Sequence record: SRR20825019_327
DNA: 59,291 nt
Strand: one strand, 5' to 3'
Shown: piece by piece, positions 20,053 through 29,722 of the stretch
How the letters are laid out: the number at the start of each line of letters is the position of its first letter
Position numbering within the stretch: the stretch's first letter is position 1
The notes under the pieces: generated by a model
The model's input: only the letters and a program-made list of their open reading frames with translations
Told to the model about the DNA's origin: nothing
Database searches by the model: none
Position numbers and translations under genes: made by a program

Positions 20053-20936
20053 GCGTTAAAACCTCTCAAGGGTAGATACTCAGGTCGCCTGAGCCAGTTA
20101 TCTGCCGGGTATTCGGCCGCGCCGTCTACCACATGCAGGGTATAGGCGTGGCGGGATTTGTTTGACCTGTTAGCAGAAGACATGTGTGGGAACAATCCAC
20201 CAAAGACCAGAACCGTCCCTTGCGGCGCCGGTAGCGGCACTTTTTTGTCTTCCTCAAACGGTGCCTCGTTCAGCACTTCCGTGAGGGTGCCGTCGTCATC
20301 TGGCTTGCGGCGGAAAACCGACCTGAGCCCGCCAGTTTTGTGGCCGCCCGGTATACCCCACAGGCAACCGTTTTCTTCTGTCGCGTCTTCAAGCGCGACC
20401 CAGAGGCCAAGGCAGCTGTTGGGTTCGGTCCTCAGGTAGGTTGCGTCTTGGTGGCAAACCACCTCACCACCGATTTGAGGCTGCTTGAAGATATACATGG
20501 ACTGAAGCGGTAGTGGCTCCTTCTGGTCCAACCCTTCGCAGATCAGCTTGAAAGCATCTTGCCGTGCGAAGTGATCAAAAACCGGGTCGAGGTCATGCAT
20601 GGCATGCCCCACCTTGTTGAGCGCAAGCGGCAGGGGTTTCGTAAGCTCACCGTCTTCATTAAAAGCTTCTTCTTCAAAGAAGAAATGGGTGCCAAAACCT
20701 GAATCGAGGAAATATTGATAAAGGTCCAGCGTGTGGGCCTGAGTTTTTGAGGAAAAGACGGCCTTGTGCTCTGTGGCATCAAAACCTTCGACCAATTCAG
20801 CCATGCGGTTCATCAAGCCGTCGCAAATCTCGGGGTTGATCAATCCGTCTAAAACCAGAACACCGTCTCTTTCAAAGGCCTCACGCATTTCTGGGGTGAT
20901 GCCGGTAAAATCTCTCGCGTCAAAACGAGGTATCAT
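20049..20936 (-). CDS. Phytanoyl-CoA dioxygenase family (PHYHD1-like) Fe(II)/2-oxoglutarate dioxygenase
   Basis: FFFEEEAF, LNKVGHAMHD, QSMYIFKQPQIGGEV.CHQD, WVALEDATEENGCL, H.S.AN.S.KSRHAYTLH. Confidence 0.9.
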   Translation of the reverse strand: MIPRFDARDFTGITPEMREAFERDGVLVLDGLINPEICDGLMNRMAELVEGFDATEHKAVFSSKTQAHTLDLYQYFLDSGFGTHFFFEEEAFNEDGELTKPLPLALNKVGHAMHDLDPVFDHFARQDAFKLICEGLDQKEPLPLQSMYIFKQPQIGGEVVCHQDATYLRTEPNSCLGLWVALEDATEENGCLWGIPGGHKTGGLRSVFRRKPDDDGTLTEVLNEAPFEEDKKVPLPAPQGTVLVFGGLFPHMSSANRSNKSRHAYTLHVVDGAAEYPADNWLRRPEYLPLRGFNA

Positions 20937-21124
20937 CTCCTGCTCCTGAAGGGCCGTCACCCGCCGATTAGACACCTGTCTCACGGAGGTTGATTTAGGC
21001 AACTGCCCGATGAGAGATACGAAGCATATGAGGTACTGTGCGTCAAGCTTTTGCAAGCACCTTGCAAGCTCTCAAACACTAGTCTAGTTGAGGAAGGGGC
21101 ATCTAGCAGTCGGGAGCACAAAGA

Positions 21125-22357
21125 GTGGGTTTGGAAACACTGGTAATCGTTGGTTTTGCGGCTTTGGCCGTGCTTATTGTGGTTTTGCTGGTCAAGCTTT
21201 TTAGCCTCGGCCGGGCCCTTGATGACGGGGAAAGTCAGAACCAGTTGATCCGTATTGAGACCCGCATGTCCGACATGACCCGGCAGGCGGCGGAGCGCGA
21301 GAAAGCGATCCGCGACGAATTTCGCACCAACAGGGAAGACCTGACCAAGGCGGTCACGCTTTTGGGCGAGACAGTGCGCACGCTTGGCACCAATCAGGCG
21401 AAAGACCAGCAGCAGTTCCGCGACAAGCTTGATGAAAAGATGAAAGAATTGCGCACGGAGAACAGCCAGAAGCTGGATGAGATGCGCAAAACGGTGGATG
21501 AAAAGCTTCAAACCACCCTTGAAAAACGCCTGAGCGAGAGCTTCAAAACAGTGTCTGAGCGGCTTGAGCAGGTGCACAAGGGGCTTGGTGAAATGCAAAC
21601 GCTGGCGACAGGTGTGGGTGACCTCAAGCGCGTGCTGACGAACGTGAAATCACGCGGCACCTTTGGGGAAGTGCAGCTTGAGTTGCTGATCGAAGACGTG
21701 CTGACGCCCAACCAGTATGTCGCAAACTACGACTGTGGCCGCAAAGGCACCCATGTTGAGTTTGGTATTCGTATGCCGGGTACAGACGCCGAAGTTTACT
21801 TGCCCGTTGATGCCAAGTTCCCGACAGAAGATTATGAACGCCTCCTGATCGCTGTCGAGGCTGGTGACACGGACGGCATTGCCGCGATGCAGAAGCTGCT
21901 CGCGAACAGGGTAAAGGGTTTCGCGAAAGACATCGCCACCAAATATATCAACCCGCCTTTTACCACGCCATCGGCGATCCTGTTTCTACCAACTGAAGGC
22001 CTATATGCAGAGATGCTGCGCATTCCGGGCTTTGTGGAAGGCTTGCAGCGTGAGTTTAGCGTAACCGTGACCGGGCCAACCAACTTCCAGGTATTGCTCA
22101 CCACTTTCCGCATGGGCTTCCAACAAATGGCGATGCAGGCGCAGGCGCAGGAGGTCTGGAAGGTGCTGGGCGCGGTGAAGAATGAGTTCGAACGCTATGG
22201 CGACCAGATCAGCGCCATGGGCAAGAATGTAGAGGCCATGGAAAAGCATATCGAGAAGCTGAGTACGCGCCGGAATCAGATGCTGCGTGCACTGAAGGGT
22301 GTTGAAGCGATTGAGGACAATACTGCGTCCGCCTTGCTTGGTGACGACGAACAATAG
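21125..22357 (+). CDS. rmuC: DNA recombination protein RmuC
   Basis: N-terminal TM and coiled coil, LEQVHKGLGEMQ, NVKSRGTFGE, PVDAKFP, KYINPP.T, FLPTEGLYAE. Confidence 0.93.
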   Translation: MGLETLVIVGFAALAVLIVVLLVKLFSLGRALDDGESQNQLIRIETRMSDMTRQAAEREKAIRDEFRTNREDLTKAVTLLGETVRTLGTNQAKDQQQFRDKLDEKMKELRTENSQKLDEMRKTVDEKLQTTLEKRLSESFKTVSERLEQVHKGLGEMQTLATGVGDLKRVLTNVKSRGTFGEVQLELLIEDVLTPNQYVANYDCGRKGTHVEFGIRMPGTDAEVYLPVDAKFPTEDYERLLIAVEAGDTDGIAAMQKLLANRVKGFAKDIATKYINPPFTTPSAILFLPTEGLYAEMLRIPGFVEGLQREFSVTVTGPTNFQVLLTTFRMGFQQMAMQAQAQEVWKVLGAVKNEFERYGDQISAMGKNVEAMEKHIEKLSTRRNQMLRALKGVEAIEDNTASALLGDDEQ

Positions 22358-22561
22358 ACACGGCTGAATGCTGCGAACTTCCGGCGTCTCGTTAGCCTGC
22401 CAAAATTTTCAAATTTTAGATAATTGATCTGCGCCTGTTAGCGCCTTGTAAACCCTTGGGATTTGAGGGTGCTTGCCCACTGGCCTATGCGCTGTGCCGC
22501 AATTGTGGCTGAACCGTGGCGTCATTTGCGACGAACGGTGCGATAAATGAGGTGGGCACCA

Positions 22562-22590
22562 TTGAAAGTTTAGGGGCATGCCATTAGATT
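22562..22590 (+). promoter_or_regulatory. Sigma70-like promoter for the small-ORF locus
   Basis: TTGAAA-N17-TAGATT. Confidence 0.5.
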
Positions 22591-22711
22591 AAGGATGTAG
22601 CCGGGAGCAAAGACTCCACTCAATAAAACGGCCACGACACGACAGTCATAAATGCCAAAAACGGCAATATATATGCTGATGCAGGAATGCATGAACAGCG
22701 AGGAGAATAAG

Positions 22712-22852
22712 ATGTTTACCGAATTCATGCGCGGTGCGAGTGCCTACTCGCCTGCGGGAACCCCCCAGAGTTTAAGCGTTAGAGCTGAGACCCGTACGTG
22801 GCGCCGTAAGCGCCGGACGGCTCGATTGGCACGCGTTCCCCTTGCCGCTTAA
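22712..22852 (+). CDS. Small Arg-rich hypothetical protein (46 aa) ending in LAA
   Basis: Strong RBS GAGGAG 6 nt before the ATG; MFTEFMRGASAYSPAGTPQSLSVRAETRTWRRKRRTARLARVPLAA. Confidence 0.55.
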   Translation: MFTEFMRGASAYSPAGTPQSLSVRAETRTWRRKRRTARLARVPLAA

Positions 22853-23095
22853 GCGGCAGATGTTTTGAACCTACTGCTGCGCTCTAGCTCAGTCTCTGTG
22901 CATACAAGCGATAGCTAGCAGCAGGTTCCGGTCGGGCGGGGGTTTGCACAATACCCCCTGACCCTAGCCCCAAGCGCCCACCCCGGCCCGGCCAACCTCA
23001 TTTGTTCTGAGTAGGAGCTTACCGAGCTCTGCAATTCTTTCCTAAACCTACCCAAGCACTAAGGCGTTCCCTCCCCAAGGGGACGCCTCCTTTCT
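22843..23095 (+). ncRNA. Candidate structured 3'UTR / sRNA
   Basis: Successive hairpins at 22843-22858, 22867-22928, 22930-22963 and about 23015-23029; terminal hairpin AGGCGTTCCCT-CCCCA-AGGGGACGCCT at 23062-23088 with a C-rich loop. Confidence 0.4.
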
Positions 23096-23128
23096 ATTGG
23101 CTCGGTCTGTTTACCGGGAAAAGTGTCT

Positions 23129-23566
23129 TTATGCGTCGGCTATCAGGCTATCAATCGCGAGCACAATGATGCGGGATACGGCGCCGTGCACCCCTTCAAA
23201 CGGGTAGAGGTGACCGTCAAACCTATATACCCGGCCGTCTGCCAGAGTATATTCGTCCTGTCGGCGATTGATTACGCGCTCGTCCACAGCCTGATTGAAG
23301 TTATGCACATATTCGTCATAACGCCCGCCGGTATCGAGCTCATCTAGATAGACGCCTGTCAGGTCTTTGCCGTAGGCGGCAACCACGGACGTGCCGGCCA
23401 GGCGATACCGAAACCTGCGAGGTCGTTCTTCCACTTGCATGAGCGACATGAAGGGGAGCGCATCCACTGGTACGTCATTGATGTTGAAGTCAATAAAGCA
23501 CGGAATAGCGGCCCCCTTCTTCAGGGAATTCCAGTAGTCATCGAAGGCTGCAGCAATAGGGTGCAT
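23129..23566 (-). CDS. Stand-alone PAS domain protein (PAS_5-like)
   Basis: DYWNSL, LPFMSL, FRYRLAGT, YGKDLTG.YLDEL pattern. Confidence 0.8.
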   Translation of the reverse strand: MHPIAAAFDDYWNSLKKGAAIPCFIDFNINDVPVDALPFMSLMQVEERPRRFRYRLAGTSVVAAYGKDLTGVYLDELDTGGRYDEYVHNFNQAVDERVINRRQDEYTLADGRVYRFDGHLYPFEGVHGAVSRIIVLAIDSLIADA

Positions 23567-23705
23567 TGAAAGGCTGATCCATGCTTGTTAGAGCCCTCGT
23601 ACCATGCAGCGGATCGGCTAGGTGGGTCAAGTCGCTGTTGCACAAGCCGGGCAAGCGCGGCATTACAGAGGCTTGATTGCAACTCTATATGCAGCGGATC
23701 ATGAG

Positions 23706-24356
23706 ATGGACCTGTTTGATAAAGCCGGGGTTGACCTGAAGCCAAAGCCGGACTGGCAATTTGAAGCCGCGCTAATGCGCGGTGGTTTTTCGCCGGTGTG
23801 CGGGGTTGATGAAGTTGGTCGTGGGCCGCTTGCGGGGCCAGTGGTGGCGGCGGCTGTTGTCTTTGATCAAGGAAATATTCCTGAAGGGCTGAACGACAGC
23901 AAGAAGCTGAGCGCAAAACGCAGGGAAGCGCTCTATGACCAGATCATGCAGCAGGCGACATCCGTTTCTATTGCCGAGGCCAGTGTTGAGGAGATTGACG
24001 ATATCAACATCCTTGAAGCTTCCATGCTGGCGATGCGGCGGGCGGTGGCTGGCCTTAACGTGAAACCTGAAGCCGCGCTGGTCGATGGAAACCGCGCACC
24101 CGGCCTTGAAATACACACCCGTACGCTCATTAAGGGTGACGCGAGGTCGCTTTCTATTGCGGCGGCGAGCATCATTGCAAAAGTTTTTCGCGATCGTTTG
24201 ATGGAAAAACTCGGTGAAATGCACCCGGAATATGGTTGGGCGTCAAACGCAGGATATGGTGTTGCAAAACATATGGCTGCACTAAAGCTTGTGGGTGCGA
24301 CGCCTTTTCACCGAAAATCTTTTGCGCCGATTCGGCAGATTCTAAATGAAGAATAG
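23706..24356 (+). CDS. rnhB: Ribonuclease HII
   Basis: GVDEVGRGPLAGPV, LNDSKKL, LVDGN, KGDARSLSIAAASIIAKVFRD, HRKSF. Confidence 0.96.
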   Translation: MDLFDKAGVDLKPKPDWQFEAALMRGGFSPVCGVDEVGRGPLAGPVVAAAVVFDQGNIPEGLNDSKKLSAKRREALYDQIMQQATSVSIAEASVEEIDDINILEASMLAMRRAVAGLNVKPEAALVDGNRAPGLEIHTRTLIKGDARSLSIAAASIIAKVFRDRLMEKLGEMHPEYGWASNAGYGVAKHMAALKLVGATPFHRKSFAPIRQILNEE

Positions 24357-24369
24357 CTTATAACTAGCT

Positions 24370-24418
24370 GATTCATATTAAAGAATCGCTTGACGTCGAA
24401 TCGAGTCGGAATCATAAT
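24370..24418 (+). promoter_or_regulatory. ccrM promoter with five GANTC sites
   Basis: TTGACG(24390)-N17-CATAAT(24413); GANTC at 24370, 24383, 24398, 24403 and 24409. Confidence 0.75.
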
Positions 24419-24444
24419 CGCCTCAATAGTTCGCCGAAACTTGA

Positions 24445-25638
<1,194 letters not shown>

Positions 25639-25739
25639 GCTTTCACTCGCGATATTGGCTTATGCTATGGCTGCACGCGACCGCGCCCCGGGCTGTATTC
25701 CGGCGGCGGCGTGATTGCAAAGAAAGTAGCCCCTGAGAC

Positions 25740-26723
25740 ATGAAAATCTACCTTCATATAGGCACGCATAAAACCGGCACGACCGCGATACAGTCTTTCG
25801 CTACCTTTAACCGAGAGCTGTTGGCCGAGTATGGCGTGCACTGGCCGAAGGAACGCCTGAAACCTCATTCGAAACAGCATTCAAGCCTCGCACTGCTGAT
25901 GCGTGCCGGGGAAGACAAAAAAGTCAAAGCCTATCTGGACCGTGCGCTTAAGGATGCCAAGGCATCGGGTGCAGAAAGCCTATTTCTCTCCGGTGAGGCG
26001 TTTAGTCATCTGGACAGCCCAAACATAAGCCGGTTCCTTGCGATGCTTGAGGGCCATGATGTGGAGGTTATCCTCTTCTTCCGCAACATATATAGCTATT
26101 CCGTCAGTGCCCTGAACCAGCAGATGAAAAGCAGCGAAAAGCTGTTGCCTCTGACGTCTCTCGTGGCAGTAACGCGCACCCATCTCAATTATACCGGGCT
26201 TCTCAGCAGGTGGGAGGAAGCTCTTTCGCCCGAGCAGATACAGCTCAGAAACTATGAGGACGAGAAGAAGAACCTGCTGCCCCGCTTTTTCAACCGGTTT
26301 GGAATTCCTGCAGCCAAAACCAAAGACTGGATGTCAGATGAGCCGCGCGCACAAAACGCGAGTATCGACCTTGTCACTCAGTTGCTGCTAACCGGTACGG
26401 GCGCGAACAAAACCATGCGGTCCTATCTCGATACACGAGACCTGTACGCTGGCGTATTTGGCGATGCTGGTTTCAAGTTTCCGGTGGATAGTTTGGTGGC
26501 TGAGGCTATCTGCCAGCCCGGCGTTGCTGACCTTTCGCATCCCCGGCTTGCGCCTTTTAAAGACAGCCTGATGAAAGAACCGCGCAAGAGTGCTGGCCTG
26601 AGCGATGACGCAATTGCTGACTATTTTGAAAAGCTTGGCCAGTTTGCGTTGCAGTTTGCCAAAGAGAAGCGAAGCAAAGGCAAAAAAAGCGGTTTTCTCA
26701 AGAAGATCAAAGACAAGTTTTAA
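25740..26723 (+). CDS. Hypothetical protein with sulfotransferase-like P-loop fold
   Basis: IYLHIGTHKTGTTAIQ (5'-PSB-like loop), LFLSGEAF, ILFFRN...S (3'-PB-like), basic C-terminus. Confidence 0.65.
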   Translation: MKIYLHIGTHKTGTTAIQSFATFNRELLAEYGVHWPKERLKPHSKQHSSLALLMRAGEDKKVKAYLDRALKDAKASGAESLFLSGEAFSHLDSPNISRFLAMLEGHDVEVILFFRNIYSYSVSALNQQMKSSEKLLPLTSLVAVTRTHLNYTGLLSRWEEALSPEQIQLRNYEDEKKNLLPRFFNRFGIPAAKTKDWMSDEPRAQNASIDLVTQLLLTGTGANKTMRSYLDTRDLYAGVFGDAGFKFPVDSLVAEAICQPGVADLSHPRLAPFKDSLMKEPRKSAGLSDDAIADYFEKLGQFALQFAKEKRSKGKKSGFLKKIKDKF

Positions 26724-27018
26724 ACCTACCTCCGGCCATATGGATGCCCATCCGTGTGGCCCATGGCGCTCCTCTGCCCAGGGGAGCGCCAATTTCTTTT
26801 GGTCTTGGTCGCTTATGCCGATGATATGTTGTGCATTGTATTCAGGCTGTGTGGCATTCACGGGTTTATTCACAATCTTTTCTAATCTGATCTATACGCG
26901 CTTGATTTTCGCAGTGTTATACCAAAATGCTATTGTTGCCGGATGTTTGTGTGGCCCGTCGGTCACCCCGGCTCGGTGATGCAGTGAATGCGCACCAATT
27001 GTTTGTTCGGAGATGAGA

Positions 27019-27132
27019 ATGAGCAAAGATCGCAACGCGAAAAAAGAAGCGAAGAAAAAACCAACTCTCGACAAGAAGGCGAAAAAGGCCGCGAAGGTTG
27101 GCAAGAAAACCCCGGCTTACCTCGACGCTTAA
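27019..27132 (+). CDS. Small Lys-rich protein (37 aa), not in the ORF track
   Basis: GGAG RBS 6 nt upstream; MSKDRNAKKEAKKKPTLDKKAKKAAKVGKKTPAYLDA; followed by a palindromic terminator. Confidence 0.65.
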   Translation: MSKDRNAKKEAKKKPTLDKKAKKAAKVGKKTPAYLDA

Positions 27133-27167
27133 ATCAGGTCAGGTTTCTTCATAAAGCAGGAACCCCC

Positions 27168-27193
27168 AAATGGGCCGCATATGCGGCCCATTT
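27168..27193. terminator. Perfect 26-bp palindrome / terminator
   Basis: AAATGGGCCGCAT-ATGCGGCCCATTT. Confidence 0.7.
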
Positions 27194-27289
27194 CAGTATA
27201 GCAAAAGCGCTCATGTCTTGTGCTGCCCTCTAATGAATGGTTCACAAGCTTAAGCTCCTGCCGTCTTTCCGGTGAAAAGGGAGCACAGC

Positions 27290-28675
27290 ATGAGCACGAT
27301 CAACCTTACTTTTGAGAACAACAGCGGTTTTGACGCCACGGATATCTATGTCGGCTTTGTCGGGGGCTCTGGAGGCACGGCGTTCAGTGTCACCAACACG
27401 GCTACAGGCGCCGCACTCGCACTGGTAGATGGTGGCGTTAGCTCATTTCCCGCAACCGGGAACTGGTATACCCTTGATAGCCTTTCTTCGGGCGCGACGG
27501 TCACCTCGTTCAGCGGCCGGGTTTATGTATGTTACGGGTCACCGTGGGCCGTTCAATATACCGGGTATGAACCCGGTCAGGCGGTGACAGACCCCAATTT
27601 TTTCCTACGATATGATAAAATGGAAATGACATTCACCGGCGCCCCAGCGGATGTGGCCAACCTCACCTCAATCGATTATTGGGCTGTTCCGATGAGCCTT
27701 GAGACCTCCAAGGCGGGCAAGTCTGTGCAGACCGTATCCGGCCTTGTTGGGAAAACCACAGCGCAGGACGTGTTCGATAAGCTCAACAAGCTGACAACAC
27801 CGCCCGTATCCGGCGTGGCGGGACCCGGTGGAACGGATGGCTCCCCACTCCCTGCTCTCGTGCCGGGGGCTTTCACACAATATCCGGGTGGCCCTGCGCC
27901 GGGAACCTCTTTCGCGCGTATCATCGGCCCGTCATCTTATCCAAGCGTTTATCCGAACGTGGGCATCCCGGTCATGCCGTACGATACGCTTGAGGAATAT
28001 CTGAAGTGGCTTCGGCACAACTACGGCAAGGCTACAAAGCGCGGTGTGGTGGTTAAAACACTGGGCAAAGGTGTTGCGGGTTATATCGTAGGAGAGTTTG
28101 CGGGCGTTGGTCCTAATGTGCCAGCTTCAGGCCCGCAAAGCCGCCAGAGCTACAACTACGCAGCCTTCATTGAAGACAACCTTGATATTTGCCTGCGAGA
28201 GCTGGAGATTGACTTGGTTGAGGGCGCTGATGTGAACGAAGACGGCAATACAATCCTCTTCAAGCGGGACGATTTGCTTAACCCCAGCGGCATTTATGGC
28301 GGCAACACGCCCTTCTACCTGAACGGCGCCAGCACGCCCACAGCACCCGCCAATGATGTATACGGCTGGATCGGCGGTGACTTGTTCTCAGGCATGAATA
28401 TCGGGGCACTCGGCAGCCAAGCGAAGGTTGACGGCAAAGTGGTTGGTGCAATGCACAGCCAAGACTGGTTCAAGCTACCTGTTTCAGGGTTCTATGGTGG
28501 CTTACAAAAGGGCACAGAGAATTATAATCAGTGGTCCGCCGCGCTGGCTGAGTTGTCTGATGCCTACAATTTTGCGTATTCGGACCGTTTTGCACATGTG
28601 TTCGCGAGCCTTGATGCCCAGCGCATTGATACGCTCACGCTCAAGCTGGAAGATGCGGCAGTACAAATGCCGTAA
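27290..28675 (+). CDS. Hypothetical protein, GH64/thaumatin-like beta-1,3-glucanase resemblance
   Basis: LTFENNSG...IYVGF, SGRVYVCYG, YDKMEMTF...NLTSIDYWAVPM, RIIGP, YNQWSAAL...AYNFAYSD echo GH64 motifs; no signal peptide. Confidence 0.55.
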   Translation: MSTINLTFENNSGFDATDIYVGFVGGSGGTAFSVTNTATGAALALVDGGVSSFPATGNWYTLDSLSSGATVTSFSGRVYVCYGSPWAVQYTGYEPGQAVTDPNFFLRYDKMEMTFTGAPADVANLTSIDYWAVPMSLETSKAGKSVQTVSGLVGKTTAQDVFDKLNKLTTPPVSGVAGPGGTDGSPLPALVPGAFTQYPGGPAPGTSFARIIGPSSYPSVYPNVGIPVMPYDTLEEYLKWLRHNYGKATKRGVVVKTLGKGVAGYIVGEFAGVGPNVPASGPQSRQSYNYAAFIEDNLDICLRELEIDLVEGADVNEDGNTILFKRDDLLNPSGIYGGNTPFYLNGASTPTAPANDVYGWIGGDLFSGMNIGALGSQAKVDGKVVGAMHSQDWFKLPVSGFYGGLQKGTENYNQWSAALAELSDAYNFAYSDRFAHVFASLDAQRIDTLTLKLEDAAVQMP

Positions 28676-28678
28676 GGG

Positions 28679-29722
28679 TCAGGATTGTGCGAGGGCTACG
28701 ATCTTTTTAAACACCGTTGGCAGGCCAGCTTCGTCAAGCCGGTCTGCCTCATACCAGAACCCGTCTTCAATATTGTGCCGGTGGCTCGCTTTTGCCGCTA
28801 TTAGCTGTGTTTCCAAGTGAAAGTGCGTGAAAGTGTGTTTTGCGATGCCGTCTAGCGGTTTCCAATAGTCCTCGGTTGGTGCGTGCTGCAGCCACTCGCT
28901 TTTTTGCGGGATATCGGCGCGCTCAAGCCATGGGCTTGAGAAAAGCCCCGGCATGCCTCCCAAAAGCCCTTTAGGGGGGCGGCGTTCCAGAAGCACATGC
29001 CCGTCATGCACCAGCCAGAAGGATACAGCTCGCCGTGTAGGTTTCAGCTTCTTCGGTGCCTTTATGGGGAAGCGTTCCATATCGCCTTCGGCTTTCGCCA
29101 GACAAATACGGTTGAGCGGGCACAGCAGGCACTTTGGGTTCTTTGGGGTACAGACGCCGGAGCCCAGATCCATCATCGCCTGGGCAAAGTCACCGGCGCG
29201 TGCGGGCGGTGTTATCTCGTCCGTTCTCGCTTTGATGGTTTTTTTTGCGCTTGGCAGAGCTTCCTCAACACGGAAAAGCCGGCTGACCACACGTTCCACA
29301 TTGCCGTCCACCACAACAGCGCGTTCGTCAAAGGCGATAGCCGCGATGGCCGCCGCCGTATAATCACCAATACCGGGTAAGGCACGCAGCGCGGTTTCCG
29401 TGGTGGGGAAGTGCCCGCTGTGGTCTGTGCTGACCGCCTGTGCGCATTTGTGCAGGTTGCGGGCGCGGGCATAATAACCGAGGCCAGCCCATTCGTTCAG
29501 CACATCTTCAAGCGGTGCAGCGGCCAGCGCGTTCACATGCGGCCATCTTGCCAGAAACTTGGCGAAATACCCCTTCACTGTTGCGACCGTGGTTTGCTGC
29601 AGCATCACCTCAGACAGCCACACATGATAGGGGTCAGGCTTCACGCCCGGCATTGCCCGCCAAGGCAGGGTGCGCCGGTTGCTGTCATACCAATCTAGAA
29701 GTGCAGAAGCTGTTGAGGTCAT
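28679..29722 (-). CDS. mutY: A/G-specific adenine glycosylase
   Basis: LLDWY...LPWR, VWLSEVMLQQT, WAGLGYYARARNLH, LPGIGDYTA, VDGNV, CTPKNPKCLLCPL..IC, HTFTHF. Start uncertain (29722 or 29770). Confidence 0.96.
   Translation of the reverse strand: MTSTASALLDWYDSNRRTLPWRAMPGVKPDPYHVWLSEVMLQQTTVATVKGYFAKFLARWPHVNALAAAPLEDVLNEWAGLGYYARARNLHKCAQAVSTDHSGHFPTTETALRALPGIGDYTAAAIAAIAFDERAVVVDGNVERVVSRLFRVEEALPSAKKTIKARTDEITPPARAGDFAQAMMDLGSGVCTPKNPKCLLCPLNRICLAKAEGDMERFPIKAPKKLKPTRRAVSFWLVHDGHVLLERRPPKGLLGGMPGLFSSPWLERADIPQKSEWLQHAPTEDYWKPLDGIAKHTFTHFHLETQLIAAKASHRHNIEDGFWYEADRLDEAGLPTVFKKIVALAQS

Noticed and set aside
22800..22970. tmRNA (ssrA), suggested by ...VPLAA-stop inside a hairpin
   Set aside because: No ANDN-type resume sequence and no tRNA-like acceptor/T-arm ending in CCA; the ORF has its own RBS and ATG.
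26388..26873. Minus-strand 161-aa ORF (MNKPVNATQPEY...)
   Set aside because: Overlaps the 3' 336 bp of the sulfotransferase-like gene in antisense, has a weak RBS and no recognisable motif; the 5' part could at most be a gene remnant.
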